Shown: positions 18,192 to 28,846 of the stretch, piece by piece
How the letters are laid out: every line of letters starts with the position of its first letter
How positions within the stretch are numbered: the first letter of the stretch is position 1
Source of the DNA: a virus
Lineage: Duplodnaviria > Caudoviricetes
Reading direction: 5' to 3' (one strand)
IMG/VR virus record: IMGVR_UViG_3300025707_000484
Length of the DNA stretch: 64,000 bases
Translations under genes and position numbers: made by a program
The notes under the pieces: model-generated
What the model was told of the DNA's origin: nothing
Database searches by the model: none
What the model saw: the letters and a program-made list of their open reading frames with translations, nothing else

Positions 18192-18485
18192 TTAACTTGG
18201 CATAGCAAGACCAGTAGTTCCTTGAATATACTGGTCAGACATTTCTTTTCTTGTTGTGGCAATTACTAAACAATTATGTTTGGAAATAGTTACTTTACTA
18301 TTCATATCCATTGTTAACATAAATTGAGTAATACCTACACCTTGTGGTCCTATTTGTAGAGACATTGGTTTGTCTACTGTAATATCAGTATCTGTCTCTT
18401 CTTCAAATCTAGCAACTAATTCTTCACCAGTTACTAATTTAATTGATATAATATCACCTTTTTTATGATTGAGTTCGATTAACAT
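18192..18485 (-). CDS. Sm-like-fold phage protein
   Basis: GDIISIKLVTGEELVARF...YIQGTTGL. Confidence 0.65.
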   Translation of the reverse strand: MLIELNHKKGDIISIKLVTGEELVARFEEETDTDITVDKPMSLQIGPQGVGITQFMLTMDMNSKVTISKHNCLVIATTRKEMSDQYIQGTTGLAMPS

Positions 18486-19083
18486 CCATACTTTCCTTAA
18501 AAATTCTAATAGCACTATAACATATTAATAGTCCTATACCACCACCAATTACAATATCTGGTATATTGCTTTGTGTTAACCCTACTAACAAACCAGCAAT
18601 TATAATACCAACACTTGATATAGCATCATTTCTACAACAGATATAAGCACTCTTTAGATTAATATCTTTATTTTTATAATATAACAATAATACAGCAGAT
18701 GCTACATTACCTATTAATACAAAAATTCCTACTAATGTGATAGGTGTAGCACTAGGCACGTATCCTGTCATTGCATTTTGTACAACATACCATAGTGCGA
18801 GTATTCCAAATCCACACATTACTATTGCTTTTAATAATGCTACTTTTGCTTTAACCCGTATAGTAGAACCCATAACAAATAGGCTACCTAATAGAATTAA
18901 GGCATCACCAATATTATGAGCACTGTCACCAAGTAAACTAGCAGAATGAGATAATACACCAAAGTATAACTCTACAACAAACATCAACGCATTAATTAAA
19001 AAACATATAATTAAAGCATTGCGTTCACATGCGCCACATTCTTCTAAATCATGACAGTCGTCGTCTAAACATATTCGAAACAT
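18463..19083 (-). CDS. Cation diffusion facilitator (Zn/Co/Cd) transporter
   Basis: SASLLGDSAHNIGD, DINLKSAYICCRNDA, multiple TM helices, Cys/His-rich N-terminus. Confidence 0.88.
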   Translation of the reverse strand: MFRICLDDDCHDLEECGACERNALIICFLINALMFVVELYFGVLSHSASLLGDSAHNIGDALILLGSLFVMGSTIRVKAKVALLKAIVMCGFGILALWYVVQNAMTGYVPSATPITLVGIFVLIGNVASAVLLLYYKNKDINLKSAYICCRNDAISSVGIIIAGLLVGLTQSNIPDIVIGGGIGLLICYSAIRIFKESMDVNRTQS

Positions 19084-19316
19084 TATCCCAGTAGCAGAGT
19101 GTCTGGTGTCTCCACTAATCCATTAAATCCGCCTTCTACTAATTGATCATTAATATAAATTTGTGGAACAGTTCTGTGTCCTTGTTCCAAAATCCATTCT
19201 CGCGCTTCTGAATCGTGTTCGATATTTACTTCTTCATACTTTATATTTTTTGATTCTAGATAATTCTTTGCTCTCACGCAAAAAGCGCAAGAGTTTTTAC
19301 TGTAAATCTTAATCAT
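19083..19316 (-). CDS. Glutaredoxin
   Basis: CAFC, RTVPQIY and GGF motifs. Confidence 0.93.
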   Translation of the reverse strand: MIKIYSKNSCAFCVRAKNYLESKNIKYEEVNIEHDSEAREWILEQGHRTVPQIYINDQLVEGGFNGLVETPDTLLLG

Positions 19317-19447
19317 ACTAATCCTTTCCAGTCTTTACTATGATCTACTTTATGACAACTACAACTACAATCATCACATGTACAAATACCTGTTTCATCA
19401 CATTTGCAATCTAGATTGGTGCATCCACAATCCTTTTCATCCATCAT
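19313..19447 (-). CDS. Metallothionein-like 44-aa Cys-rich peptide, not in the ORF track
   Basis: MMDEKDCGCTNLDCKCDETGICTCDDCSCSCHKVDHSKDWKGLV; 9 Cys, all in CxC motifs; ATGA overlaps at both ends. Confidence 0.8.
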   Translation of the reverse strand: MMDEKDCGCTNLDCKCDETGICTCDDCSCSCHKVDHSKDWKGLV

Positions 19448-21357
19448 ATCTCACATCCCCCGGCCACGCAAGCCAATTCTTGACTACTTGTAGTCATATC
19501 TTGTTGTTCATATTCACTTAAAGTCGCCCAACTTACATTTTTAGGCATACTTTGCATTGCTTGTTCATACTGTTCTTTAGTACAATCTTGGTATGGTGCT
19601 TGTCTATAAGTGTGATCACTAAATGGTAAAAAGGATACACCAGACATTTGATCAAAATGCTCATAAACCCACGCTCCGACCTCCAACCACTCGTGTTCTT
19701 TGACACTAATTGTTACTGAGGGTTTATGTTCACACCAATAATCCTGGTAAACTTTCCATAACTCTAATTGTTCTATTGCTGTCATATCTTTTCTGTAAAC
19801 ACCATACTGTGGTCCTTTCATTGGAAAGGAAAATACTACAGTATGTTCTGGTTTTGTTACATCATCTTCTACAGGAAACCCTGCTTCTGTCATCATTTTT
19901 GCTAATGGATCTTTTTTATCTGCACGTACTGTTCGAATGTAATATTGATTATGTCTTGCATGTATTCCGCTTGCACTATCTACTAATTGACTTACTGTAC
20001 CTGATGGTTTAACACAAGTAATTGCAACAGATTGATTAATGCCAAGTCTTTTTGCCCAGTCTTTATTAGTAGCAACAGCAATTTTTTTAAGTTCTGTGAG
20101 TAATTCCTCTAAACCTTTCTTTTTACCATTTGTTAATGGGTTATCCATAATACCTGTTAAAGAAACACCCAATAAACGCTCTTCATCACAATTTTGCAAC
20201 CATCTCTTATTAAGATACCTAAAATTAGTAAGTGTTGATTGAAATGTTCCTAAAATAGTTGCATTAATAACTTTTTCTTTCAATGTATCAAAAGTGTCAT
20301 TTGGACGAATTACTACTTCAGATAAATTACAAAATTCTTCTGATCTTAAAATAATTTCACTGCAAGGGTTGGTGCCAAAATTATGATTTGGATCTCTACG
20401 TTCATTTTTACCTGCTTGTTCTTTAGCGGCACGTCTGTTAAATATGCCACGCTCACCGGATTTGGATTCATAGAGAGATTTCCATTCTTCCATAAAAATA
20501 CCAATATCAGGACGTTCAGTGTAACAAGCAGAATTATTTGCTAATGCTCGCTGAGTGTGTGTTTCCCACCACTGGCCTGATTTTGCTAAACGCATTCTGT
20601 CATCACTTAAATTAGATAAACTAATTAACGCAGAACGCCGCACACCACCTACTACTACTATCTCCGCAATTTTACAAGTAATATCGTGACACTCTAAAGA
20701 TGTTAATCTACGACCTGCGGCGCCTTTAAAAATATCTACACAAAAATTAAATAAGTCCTCTAAAGGTTCTGGACCTGATGCTCTACCACCAAATGTTTTT
20801 AACGGTGAACCTGCGGCTCTAACTCGTGATAAATCCCATACTGGAATTTGTCCGCCATACAATAGATGAACTAATTCTTTGAGTGCTTTGGCCCAACCCA
20901 ACTTAGAGTCACTTACTACAATAGTAGTTTCTGTTGGATAAAAATCATCAGCAACACGTGGCATCTCATTAATCATTTGACGCTCAACACTAAAACCAAC
21001 ACCAGTGCCATTCATTAAAATGTAAAGTATTTCATCAAATGCACGTGGATTATCTATTGCTACAAATGAACAATTATAACCTGCTACATTTTCTCGTTTT
21101 AATGCATCACCTGCTGTCATAAGACAACGCATTGAAGGCATTATTTCTAAACCTAATACAGAGTCTTGTAGTTTTTCTTTAAGATCTTTTGACAGTGAAT
21201 AATTACATGTTTCCTTTAAGTGCTCTGCGAAAAAACTAAAGTATCTACTTACGGTTTCTTCCCATGTTTCTCGTCGATTGTCTTCATAACGGTAACGAGA
21301 ATATCTTGATAAATGAATGTATTGTTGGTATAGGGAGGGTAATTGATTATCTGCCAT
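19444..21357 (-). CDS. nrdJ: Class II (B12-dependent) ribonucleotide reductase
   Basis: RRETWEETVSRY, YNCSF, GTNPCSEI, TCVKPSGT, C-terminal CVAGGCEI; no beta subunit adjacent. Confidence 0.9.
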   Translation of the reverse strand: MADNQLPSLYQQYIHLSRYSRYRYEDNRRETWEETVSRYFSFFAEHLKETCNYSLSKDLKEKLQDSVLGLEIMPSMRCLMTAGDALKRENVAGYNCSFVAIDNPRAFDEILYILMNGTGVGFSVERQMINEMPRVADDFYPTETTIVVSDSKLGWAKALKELVHLLYGGQIPVWDLSRVRAAGSPLKTFGGRASGPEPLEDLFNFCVDIFKGAAGRRLTSLECHDITCKIAEIVVVGGVRRSALISLSNLSDDRMRLAKSGQWWETHTQRALANNSACYTERPDIGIFMEEWKSLYESKSGERGIFNRRAAKEQAGKNERRDPNHNFGTNPCSEIILRSEEFCNLSEVVIRPNDTFDTLKEKVINATILGTFQSTLTNFRYLNKRWLQNCDEERLLGVSLTGIMDNPLTNGKKKGLEELLTELKKIAVATNKDWAKRLGINQSVAITCVKPSGTVSQLVDSASGIHARHNQYYIRTVRADKKDPLAKMMTEAGFPVEDDVTKPEHTVVFSFPMKGPQYGVYRKDMTAIEQLELWKVYQDYWCEHKPSVTISVKEHEWLEVGAWVYEHFDQMSGVSFLPFSDHTYRQAPYQDCTKEQYEQAMQSMPKNVSWATLSEYEQQDMTTSSQELACVAGGCEI

Positions 21358-21515
21358 AGTTGAATCCTTAGTTATTATGTCTATTATACAGTAAAGCGTA
21401 ATGAATGTCACGCCTTATATGTATATATCGAGAAAATGATATTTGAAGTATTTACCTGGTCTGTAGCCAGATTATCCACGTGTTTAACATTTACTAATAT
21501 TAACTTCTAGGTATT

Positions 21516-23366
21516 TTAATTAATGATTTCTATTGCGTTTACAAATGAAGCTGTTGAGCCTGTGTTGGTAGTCGTGTACTTCAGCGTTGCAATACCACCA
21601 CTATGTGTAACTGTAAATGAAACTCCAGTAGCGGCTGTTTCTTCATATTCATCACTAATACTTGATGCACCTGATTTAATTGCCATCTCTAAAGTACCTA
21701 CTCTAGACTCTGCACCACGTATAATTTTATAAGAAATTTTAACATTTTTTATTGATGCTTCAGAAAATGTAAGTCCTGTCGTAACAGCCGTTTGATTATC
21801 TGCTAAAGTTATTGTAGAAGGAATACGTGCTTCATGTTTACCCCATACTTGTTTTTCATTAGGTATGTTATAATAAACATCAGCGTTATTTGTAGCGATC
21901 CTGTCAAATGTTCCTGTATCACCATCTGGACGTTTAAAGTTATCTGAAATACTTGTACAATTAGATACATTTGAACTTGAATAATTAATTACATCAGCAA
22001 CAGCACTAGCAGTACCATCACCTGAATTATTATTGCCTACATCATCAAACGTATTGCCAACTGAATAAATGCCTGATCCATAATCTACATCAATAGCATT
22101 ATAATCTATATCTCGGAATAATGAACCCATAATCTTAAAACTTGTAGGACCAGTACCTGAAGATGTTGATTCACCTAACCAAAATGCTTTATACGCAACA
22201 TCAAAATTACAATTTGTAAAGTTAAAACCTTCAATATTATCATTTGAATATATACCAATTGGAACACCTAAAAATTGACAATTATTAAATGTAATATTGC
22301 GTGATTTTAAAGCATTTGTTTGCGTAACTTTTACAGCGGCTGGTCGGTCAGTACTATTTAAACCATCACCATTAACATATGTACCCATAAACGCAACATT
22401 TTCAAAATATGAATTAAGTGTTGAATCTATTTGAATACAGTCTTGTAATAAATCTGTTGTATCTGTTGTTTTGATACATAAATTACTAACTACTAAACTC
22501 TGCGGTTGTGTAGCACTATTATTACCAATATTTGGTGATATTTGATTTTTAGAATCTGCTGTACGCATTACGCAACTATCATGTCCTGCTGTTGTTGACG
22601 ACGTAATGGTTACAGTCGGTGCGCCTGTATATCCTGACCCACCACTTACTATTTCAATTGCAGTAACTATACCAGCAGTAATTGTTGCTGTCGCTGTGGC
22701 ACTACCACCGCCACCTCCAGTAATTGTTACTACTGGAGCAGTAGCATAACCTGCACCCCCTGCCGAAATAGTAATGTCTGATGTTTGCAAGGCATTACCA
22801 GCTGCGGTTCCAGCAATGGCCGTGGCCGCGGCATTAGTTTGTATTTCATTATATTGTATAAGTGTTTTGCCTGGTCCATCACCAAAAATAGTTGCCCAAG
22901 TTGGTATTTTTATCGGAGCAGTTACTTTATAAACACCTGCAGGGAAATACAAACTTCTACGTGCTTTCTGTGTGATATCTTTAACAAACAATTCATACAT
23001 TGCTCTATCAATTGCGGCTGTATCATCTGCTGAACCATTACCGCTTGCGCCAAAGTCTAGTACACTAACGTACTCATCTAACCTATCTTGTAATTTTCTA
23101 ACAGTTGGGGTGCCTGATGTGACACCTGTTTGAATTGTTGATGTTGCATTACCTTCATATGTATAATTTAACAATGACACAATATTACTGTGTTCTGTTA
23201 ATACTTGTGTATTGCCCACCGTTGGTGCACCGGAACTTGTTGGTCCATTACCAATATATAACTTACGAGAATTAGTAACCCAGCCAAGTTCTGCGTGTGA
23301 TAATTGTGGAAGATTTTCTGCTAATCCTCTACGATGTTGTATTCTAGATATTTGTACAATTGCCAT
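21516..23366 (-). CDS. Tail fibre/virion protein with pectate-lyase-like beta-helix
   Basis: MAIVQISRIQHRRG..LPQL..AELGW N-terminus; VSVLDFGASGNGSADDTAAI; LYFPAGVY. Confidence 0.8.
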   Translation of the reverse strand: MAIVQISRIQHRRGLAENLPQLSHAELGWVTNSRKLYIGNGPTSSGAPTVGNTQVLTEHSNIVSLLNYTYEGNATSTIQTGVTSGTPTVRKLQDRLDEYVSVLDFGASGNGSADDTAAIDRAMYELFVKDITQKARRSLYFPAGVYKVTAPIKIPTWATIFGDGPGKTLIQYNEIQTNAAATAIAGTAAGNALQTSDITISAGGAGYATAPVVTITGGGGGSATATATITAGIVTAIEIVSGGSGYTGAPTVTITSSTTAGHDSCVMRTADSKNQISPNIGNNSATQPQSLVVSNLCIKTTDTTDLLQDCIQIDSTLNSYFENVAFMGTYVNGDGLNSTDRPAAVKVTQTNALKSRNITFNNCQFLGVPIGIYSNDNIEGFNFTNCNFDVAYKAFWLGESTSSGTGPTSFKIMGSLFRDIDYNAIDVDYGSGIYSVGNTFDDVGNNNSGDGTASAVADVINYSSSNVSNCTSISDNFKRPDGDTGTFDRIATNNADVYYNIPNEKQVWGKHEARIPSTITLADNQTAVTTGLTFSEASIKNVKISYKIIRGAESRVGTLEMAIKSGASSISDEYEETAATGVSFTVTHSGGIATLKYTTTNTGSTASFVNAIEIIN

Positions 23367-23381
23367 ATCTATATTTATACT

Positions 23382-24659
23382 TTAGCTGATATTACAATTA
23401 CTACAAGTTGAAGCACATATCCGTAAGTTACCATTTTTACTATTATATTCATCATTAATTGTTACTTGAATAAAATTATTTTCTTTAGTATCAGGTATCC
23501 ATGTTTGCTTAATTACTTCCATAAAACTACTATTAAATACGTGTTCAATTCCACCATATTTTAATGCATTATTAATATCACTTGGTAAATTTGCATATTC
23601 TAATAATTTTCTAACATCATAAGTATTTTCAGTTGCTATTCTTTCATGCTGTAATCCCATCATGCAACAAGGATAAACATAACCATCAGCAGTAATAAAA
23701 ATTCTACTATCTTTAATTGCCAAACATTCTATTTTACGATTTTCAGTAAATCTTACATCACCAGCTCGCATAATAGTATTAAGATTTATGTTATGATAAT
23801 TATCTTTAATACCTGCATATCCTAGTAAATAACCACGCAACCAACCAATATTTTCTATATCTTTAATCCATGATACTTCTTGATTTATATACTTTTTATG
23901 TATTATTCTAGTAAATTCCAATTCTTGATCTATATCAAAATTAGAAACATCTATTCTCTCAGCATTAATATTTTCTTTTAAATTAGTTGTTACATCTTGA
24001 TAACTATATTCATCAGAAGATGAATCTTCTAAAGTACCTATATATTTTCCTTTATTATTAAAAACAGGAAAATTATTAGGTCTATCTGATTTAATAATAT
24101 CAATATCTTTAAATTTATATTCTTTTGCTAATTTTTTAACCTGATCAAGTTGGTGTTGATTATGTTTGAACAATATAAATTGCCATACAGCATGTCCTCC
24201 AGCATCAATAAATGCTCGAGCATTTTCTATTACTTTATTATAATCTGTGTTACGTCGATAAAATGAATGTACTTCTGATGTGGTGCCATCTATCCCCCAA
24301 ACAATTTGCATATTTTTATATTTTGCAAATCCTGCCCAATATTCTGTACTATGTAATGAACCATTAGTATTAACAACAACTTGAATTTCTGGTTTAATAT
24401 TATGTAAATATTCTATCATGTCAGGCAAATAAGGATTTAATTGGGCATCTCCTAAATTACCACAAAATGTTATATCTTTTATTTGAGTCAGAAATTCTTT
24501 AGATAATAATATTTTAAATTGCTCTAATGACATATCACTTTTGTATATGCCAGGTGAAGAACCATAGCCAAAAATATTCCTCTGGCAGGCGGGACAGGCG
24601 GCGTTACACCGCTCTGTTATTTCTATTTGAATACTTTCAATATTTTTGAAATCATACAT
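23382..24659 (-). CDS. Radical SAM/SPASM protein
   Basis: CNAACPAC, NTNGS, C...ADGYVYPCC. Confidence 0.88.
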   Translation of the reverse strand: MYDFKNIESIQIEITERCNAACPACQRNIFGYGSSPGIYKSDMSLEQFKILLSKEFLTQIKDITFCGNLGDAQLNPYLPDMIEYLHNIKPEIQVVVNTNGSLHSTEYWAGFAKYKNMQIVWGIDGTTSEVHSFYRRNTDYNKVIENARAFIDAGGHAVWQFILFKHNQHQLDQVKKLAKEYKFKDIDIIKSDRPNNFPVFNNKGKYIGTLEDSSSDEYSYQDVTTNLKENINAERIDVSNFDIDQELEFTRIIHKKYINQEVSWIKDIENIGWLRGYLLGYAGIKDNYHNINLNTIMRAGDVRFTENRKIECLAIKDSRIFITADGYVYPCCMMGLQHERIATENTYDVRKLLEYANLPSDINNALKYGGIEHVFNSSFMEVIKQTWIPDTKENNFIQVTINDEYNSKNGNLRICASTCSNCNIS

Positions 24660-25332
24660 TATAATACTGGGCAACTTTATTGTTCCAACCTTCAGCCACG
24701 TCATCAAACTCATCACCTTCAATAACAAATTCTTGATATGTTAAATCACGACTGCACATTAGTATAACTCCAGTATTTATTTTTGTATCAAACATTTCAT
24801 TATGAGCTTGAGCGTATGCCGTAAGTTGACAAAAGTAATCATCAACCCATTCTCTTTTCTTTGGTTTATTTGTTTGCTTAAAATCAAGTATTGCTAATTT
24901 ACCATTCCATAAACCAATACAATCTGTTGTACCAGCATATAAACCACTGGCATATAACGCAACTTCTGTGCCATATATCTCTGCTACTTGCCTAAAACCT
25001 TCTGCTATAATAACATTAGACATATTATATGCTTGTTGATGTATTTGATTACTGCCTACTTTTCTCTCATCACTGTTAATGTATAATTCTAAATTTTTAT
25101 GCATTAACGTGCCAACGTTAGCGGCTTCTGTAGATATTTGCTGTGCTTGCTCTGTGCCAACACGCTTTCTCCAATTCGCTAATGCTTCTCTTTTTTCTTT
25201 TGATTTTGTTGCGTCTAGTATAGTTGTTACACTAGGAACACTTGAACCATCAGGTAACTTATAATGGCGTTTTCTATCTATTGTCGTTACTCTATCGATA
25301 GGAGAGTATTCGTATTTCTCTAATAATAACAT
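24652..25332 (-). CDS. PD-(D/E)XK exonuclease
   Basis: PSVTTIL, GTLMH, YAGTTD, ILDFK and QLTAYA motifs. Confidence 0.85.
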   Translation of the reverse strand: MLLLEKYEYSPIDRVTTIDRKRHYKLPDGSSVPSVTTILDATKSKEKREALANWRKRVGTEQAQQISTEAANVGTLMHKNLELYINSDERKVGSNQIHQQAYNMSNVIIAEGFRQVAEIYGTEVALYASGLYAGTTDCIGLWNGKLAILDFKQTNKPKKREWVDDYFCQLTAYAQAHNEMFDTKINTGVILMCSRDLTYQEFVIEGDEFDDVAEGWNNKVAQYYNV

Positions 25333-25338
25333 TATTAT

Positions 25339-25367
25339 ATTATAGTTGATTTATATTTAAATGTCAA
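25339..25367 (-). promoter_or_regulatory. Sigma70 promoter, probably giving a leaderless mRNA
   Basis: TTGACA-17 nt-TATAAT with the ATG 6 nt downstream. Confidence 0.75.
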
Positions 25368-25404
25368 GCAGAATGCACACGATCATCATCATAATCTGGG
25401 CCGC

Positions 25405-27099
25405 TCACCGGGCACGATCATAGTCACCATATCTATAGCCAGCATCAGACCAAACTTTTGGCCAGCTTTTATTTCCGAAGTAACCGACCGGTCGGTCTAA
25501 AGCACGTCGAATGTCTCCAATGGTATGTAGGTTTTCTGGGCCTATTCTGACCAAGTGTTCTACTTCTTCATCAGTAATATTCGGAAATCCGGTTTGTATG
25601 TCACGTAACCTTTCACGTGCAAGCTCCAAACTAGGCGCATATCCAAACTCTTCATTTTCTTCCGGAGTCCTCATGTTTCCTTGATCTATTTGGTCGTCAT
25701 CATCTATATCGTCGCGAGTAGCAAGATGAGCCCGCAATTTTTCTTTATCGGCCGCGTCGGCGGCGAGCCGCCGCTCCTTAGCCGTTTTGCCACTTGAACT
25801 TGTAGTGTGCTCACGGTCATCGTTATAATCTGGATGGAGTGGCATATCCCGTGTATTACCATCAGGACCAAATGTTTCAGGATGTTCTGCAAAAAAATTA
25901 TTTAATGCTTCAACATACGGCTTCCATTTTTTAGTTGGTTCTTTGTTTTGTTTACCCTTTACTTGTTCTGGCTCTATACGACTCATATCCATGTCCAAGT
26001 GATCATATTCTGCAGATATATGAGACTCCCCATTCTGATCACGCAAACTATAAACTAACTTGCCGCCGGTTAAGTATCCAGTTTCTACATCAGCATCAGC
26101 ATCTATAATTCTATCTTGCATCCATTTCAATGCTTCTTTTTCTGTCATCTCATAGACGTCATATTGTTCCGCGACTCGATCGCCTAGTGGCTGGAAATCT
26201 GGATGCATAACCATATCCAAAAGAAAATCAAGAACGGTGCCATTCTTCTTTTCCCAATCTTTAAGCCACTTATAAGCCCTATCTTCAGTCCGGTCTTCTA
26301 GCTCGTAGAGATCATTAAACTCAGTTCTTAATCCAAATGTCACATCTTCCTGTTCGCCAACTGGACAATAACCACTAATGCAATTCTGCATCATATCGCC
26401 TTCGCGTTTCATTTCTTCTTTTGAATCCAACCGTACCCACATCATTCCATTTTTAAACTTCATAATAACTGGTGCTTCTCTTTCTACACGTTGTTTTTCT
26501 GTTGAATCATATTTCCATTTTTGAGCACCCAACTGAGTCACAGCTTGCATTGCGTTTTTTAGGCCTGGCAAATCAAATTTACCTTGCTCATACTTTTGTT
26601 TAAGAGGAACAAGTTTATTTGCAATATGTGGATCTAATGTTTTTGCATCTTTAACTAAATTATGAAATCTATAAAACAATGGACTACTAGTAGGTTCACC
26701 TTCATCAGGTATAAAAAGATCAAGCAACTCGTTATGTAAAAGAGTTAATGCTTTTTCACTCACTGTAAATATAGTGCCTGGGGGTTTATTTTTAACCCAA
26801 TCAGGCAACATTGCCTGCGGACCTGGCAGTGGACTGGGTGTATAAGGCTCTAACGCTGTCTCAATACCTTGTATACCTGTATCACCAAATATTCTATTAT
26901 TATTAACGATATCCTTTTTTAACCTTTTTAAGAAAGCGGTATGATTAATATAAGGATTAAAATCTTCTATATCCTCGCCCATTTCGTGAATCCATCTGTC
27001 AAGGACTGTTGTACAACCTTTTGCTTGGGGATCAGGGCATTCTGGATCGAAAACGTCCGCTTCAGTTAATATTGGATTAAAAAATTCGGCTAATAGCAT
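25405..27099 (-). CDS. PcfJ-like domain protein (putative head-internal)
   Basis: EMKREGDMMQNCISGY...VYSLRD..GESHISAE. Confidence 0.6.
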   Translation of the reverse strand: MLLAEFFNPILTEADVFDPECPDPQAKGCTTVLDRWIHEMGEDIEDFNPYINHTAFLKRLKKDIVNNNRIFGDTGIQGIETALEPYTPSPLPGPQAMLPDWVKNKPPGTIFTVSEKALTLLHNELLDLFIPDEGEPTSSPLFYRFHNLVKDAKTLDPHIANKLVPLKQKYEQGKFDLPGLKNAMQAVTQLGAQKWKYDSTEKQRVEREAPVIMKFKNGMMWVRLDSKEEMKREGDMMQNCISGYCPVGEQEDVTFGLRTEFNDLYELEDRTEDRAYKWLKDWEKKNGTVLDFLLDMVMHPDFQPLGDRVAEQYDVYEMTEKEALKWMQDRIIDADADVETGYLTGGKLVYSLRDQNGESHISAEYDHLDMDMSRIEPEQVKGKQNKEPTKKWKPYVEALNNFFAEHPETFGPDGNTRDMPLHPDYNDDREHTTSSSGKTAKERRLAADAADKEKLRAHLATRDDIDDDDQIDQGNMRTPEENEEFGYAPSLELARERLRDIQTGFPNITDEEVEHLVRIGPENLHTIGDIRRALDRPVGYFGNKSWPKVWSDAGYRYGDYDRAR

Positions 27100-27127
27100 A
27101 TAACATATTTATTATATATTAACCATT

Positions 27128-28612
27128 CTACAACGCTGATTTAACAAATGAGGTAACATCGAAATTAAAGTTGGGTTTTGATTTACTGTACCCCAATCCC
27201 TTAACTTGACCAGCTGTATATGTAGCAATATGTCCTCCATTACCATATACTTTTACAACACTACTATAATCACCATTAGCAATACCTTCTCCTGTATGAA
27301 ACGTTAAATATAGTCTTGCAGATGTAACTGTTCCTACACTACTCTTTGAAATACCAAACTTAACAGTTGGAGATCCTCTACCCACTTTAACCAGAAAACC
27401 GGGCCCGCTTGCTGATGCTGAGCCGCTGGTGCCGGTAACCACTAATTTTGAAGAAGTAAATAGCCATCCGCAACCAGCACAAGGCATCGATGTTTGTGTA
27501 AATGAGAATGACAAATTACCGCTTCCACCGCCGGACGAGCCACCACTACTACCACCACCACCACCGCCACCGCCACCGATAAAGGGGGTTATGGGAAACG
27601 GACTTGTTTGTTCCGTATGCCCTAAATTCTCGCCAGTTTGTTGATTCCCGGCCGGATCATATGTATTATAATGCGCCAAGTCTTGCGTTACACCATCTCC
27701 TGTGTTTATTTTACCAGCCTGCAAAGCATAATCTCCATCAACTTCGCAACGTATTAATCCAGTCTGTGTTAACTGGCCGAATGAGGTATCCAATGCACCC
27801 ATTAATGAATTAACAACACCCAATACTTGTGCTATGGCAGCTCCTGCTGAGGCTGCACTACCTCCACCCACATTAAATTCAGAACCATCGCCTATATTGA
27901 GATTCGCCATTTCATAATCTTCATTATTTGTACCAGGAGCGGCGGGACGCATAGTTGTTTGCCCGGTACCTTTATTGCCCATACCATAAAATTCTATTTT
28001 TGTTTGATGGTGTATTGGTTCAATTAAGCCGTCGATAGGACGTGCTTGGCCCGATGGCATTAGTTCTCCAGTAGCTGTTTTAGCACCAACTGGTGCTAAT
28101 TGATCAGGTTTACCAATAATTAAAGTATCATCCATAACTGTTATATGATCAAATACTGTGTTGTTCCAATTAATAACCCATTTAATTTTATTTGATGACG
28201 TAGCATCAAACCAATTACCTGGATGGATTTGATAACCAAACTTTCTAAAATGTGATAATACAGCATTAATACGCTTATGATTAACAAAAATATTTGGATC
28301 AATTGCTTTTATTGCGGCTTGTACTTCTTTCATCGTCATTTCTGTAATACCAGGAATACGTTGAACCGAAGTAAACTCTGTTTTTCCTTTCCATCCAGAA
28401 CCATACATGTAAACTTCTTCAAGTAAGAACCAATCACCATAGTTATAAACACCAGCCATACCTGCACCAGTGGAAATAACTGTTTTTACTTTTTCTAAAT
28501 CAGAAGCATCTTCAATAGCATCATTAATAAATTCAATTTCTGCTTTTACTACTGCATCACCTAAAATTACTTTACCGCGTACCTCGCCGGCTGTTTTTGT
28601 ATGACTTGCCAT
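27128..28612 (-). CDS. Putative virion protein with poly-Gly linker and C-terminal beta domain
   Basis: 494 aa; G/S-rich linker; N-terminus resembles the 28843-29208 product. Confidence 0.7.
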   Translation of the reverse strand: MASHTKTAGEVRGKVILGDAVVKAEIEFINDAIEDASDLEKVKTVISTGAGMAGVYNYGDWFLLEEVYMYGSGWKGKTEFTSVQRIPGITEMTMKEVQAAIKAIDPNIFVNHKRINAVLSHFRKFGYQIHPGNWFDATSSNKIKWVINWNNTVFDHITVMDDTLIIGKPDQLAPVGAKTATGELMPSGQARPIDGLIEPIHHQTKIEFYGMGNKGTGQTTMRPAAPGTNNEDYEMANLNIGDGSEFNVGGGSAASAGAAIAQVLGVVNSLMGALDTSFGQLTQTGLIRCEVDGDYALQAGKINTGDGVTQDLAHYNTYDPAGNQQTGENLGHTEQTSPFPITPFIGGGGGGGGGSSGGSSGGGSGNLSFSFTQTSMPCAGCGWLFTSSKLVVTGTSGSASASGPGFLVKVGRGSPTVKFGISKSSVGTVTSARLYLTFHTGEGIANGDYSSVVKVYGNGGHIATYTAGQVKGLGYSKSKPNFNFDVTSFVKSAL

Positions 28613-28633
28613 ACTACTATTTATATGGGAATA

Positions 28634-28846
28634 TTATTGAGACTTCTGTTTTTTCTTTTCTTTAACTGCTTTATCTACTTTAACTGCGTGATTAGCAGTT
28701 AATGGGGTTGGACGCTCTTGTTCTGTGCCAAGAGGACTAAACTTACCATCAGGATTATGCTTGTTAGCATCTACGCCTGGATTGGGATTTATGCCTACTT
28801 GTGTTAAGACTGTGTCTTTAGGTTCGGTAATTTCTTTTAGTCTCAC
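28634..28846 (-). CDS. Hypothetical protein
   Basis: GTG start overlapping the upstream stop; begins MRLKEITE. Confidence 0.6.
   Translation of the reverse strand: MRLKEITEPKDTVLTQVGINPNPGVDANKHNPDGKFSPLGTEQERPTPLTANHAVKVDKAVKEKKKQKSQ

Noticed and set aside
19444-21357. Intron or intein in nrdJ (helicase and recombinase also checked)
   Set aside because: The reading frames are continuous and of normal length.
21358-21515. Cobalamin riboswitch upstream of nrdJ
   Set aside because: No B12-box or conserved core was recognisable by eye.
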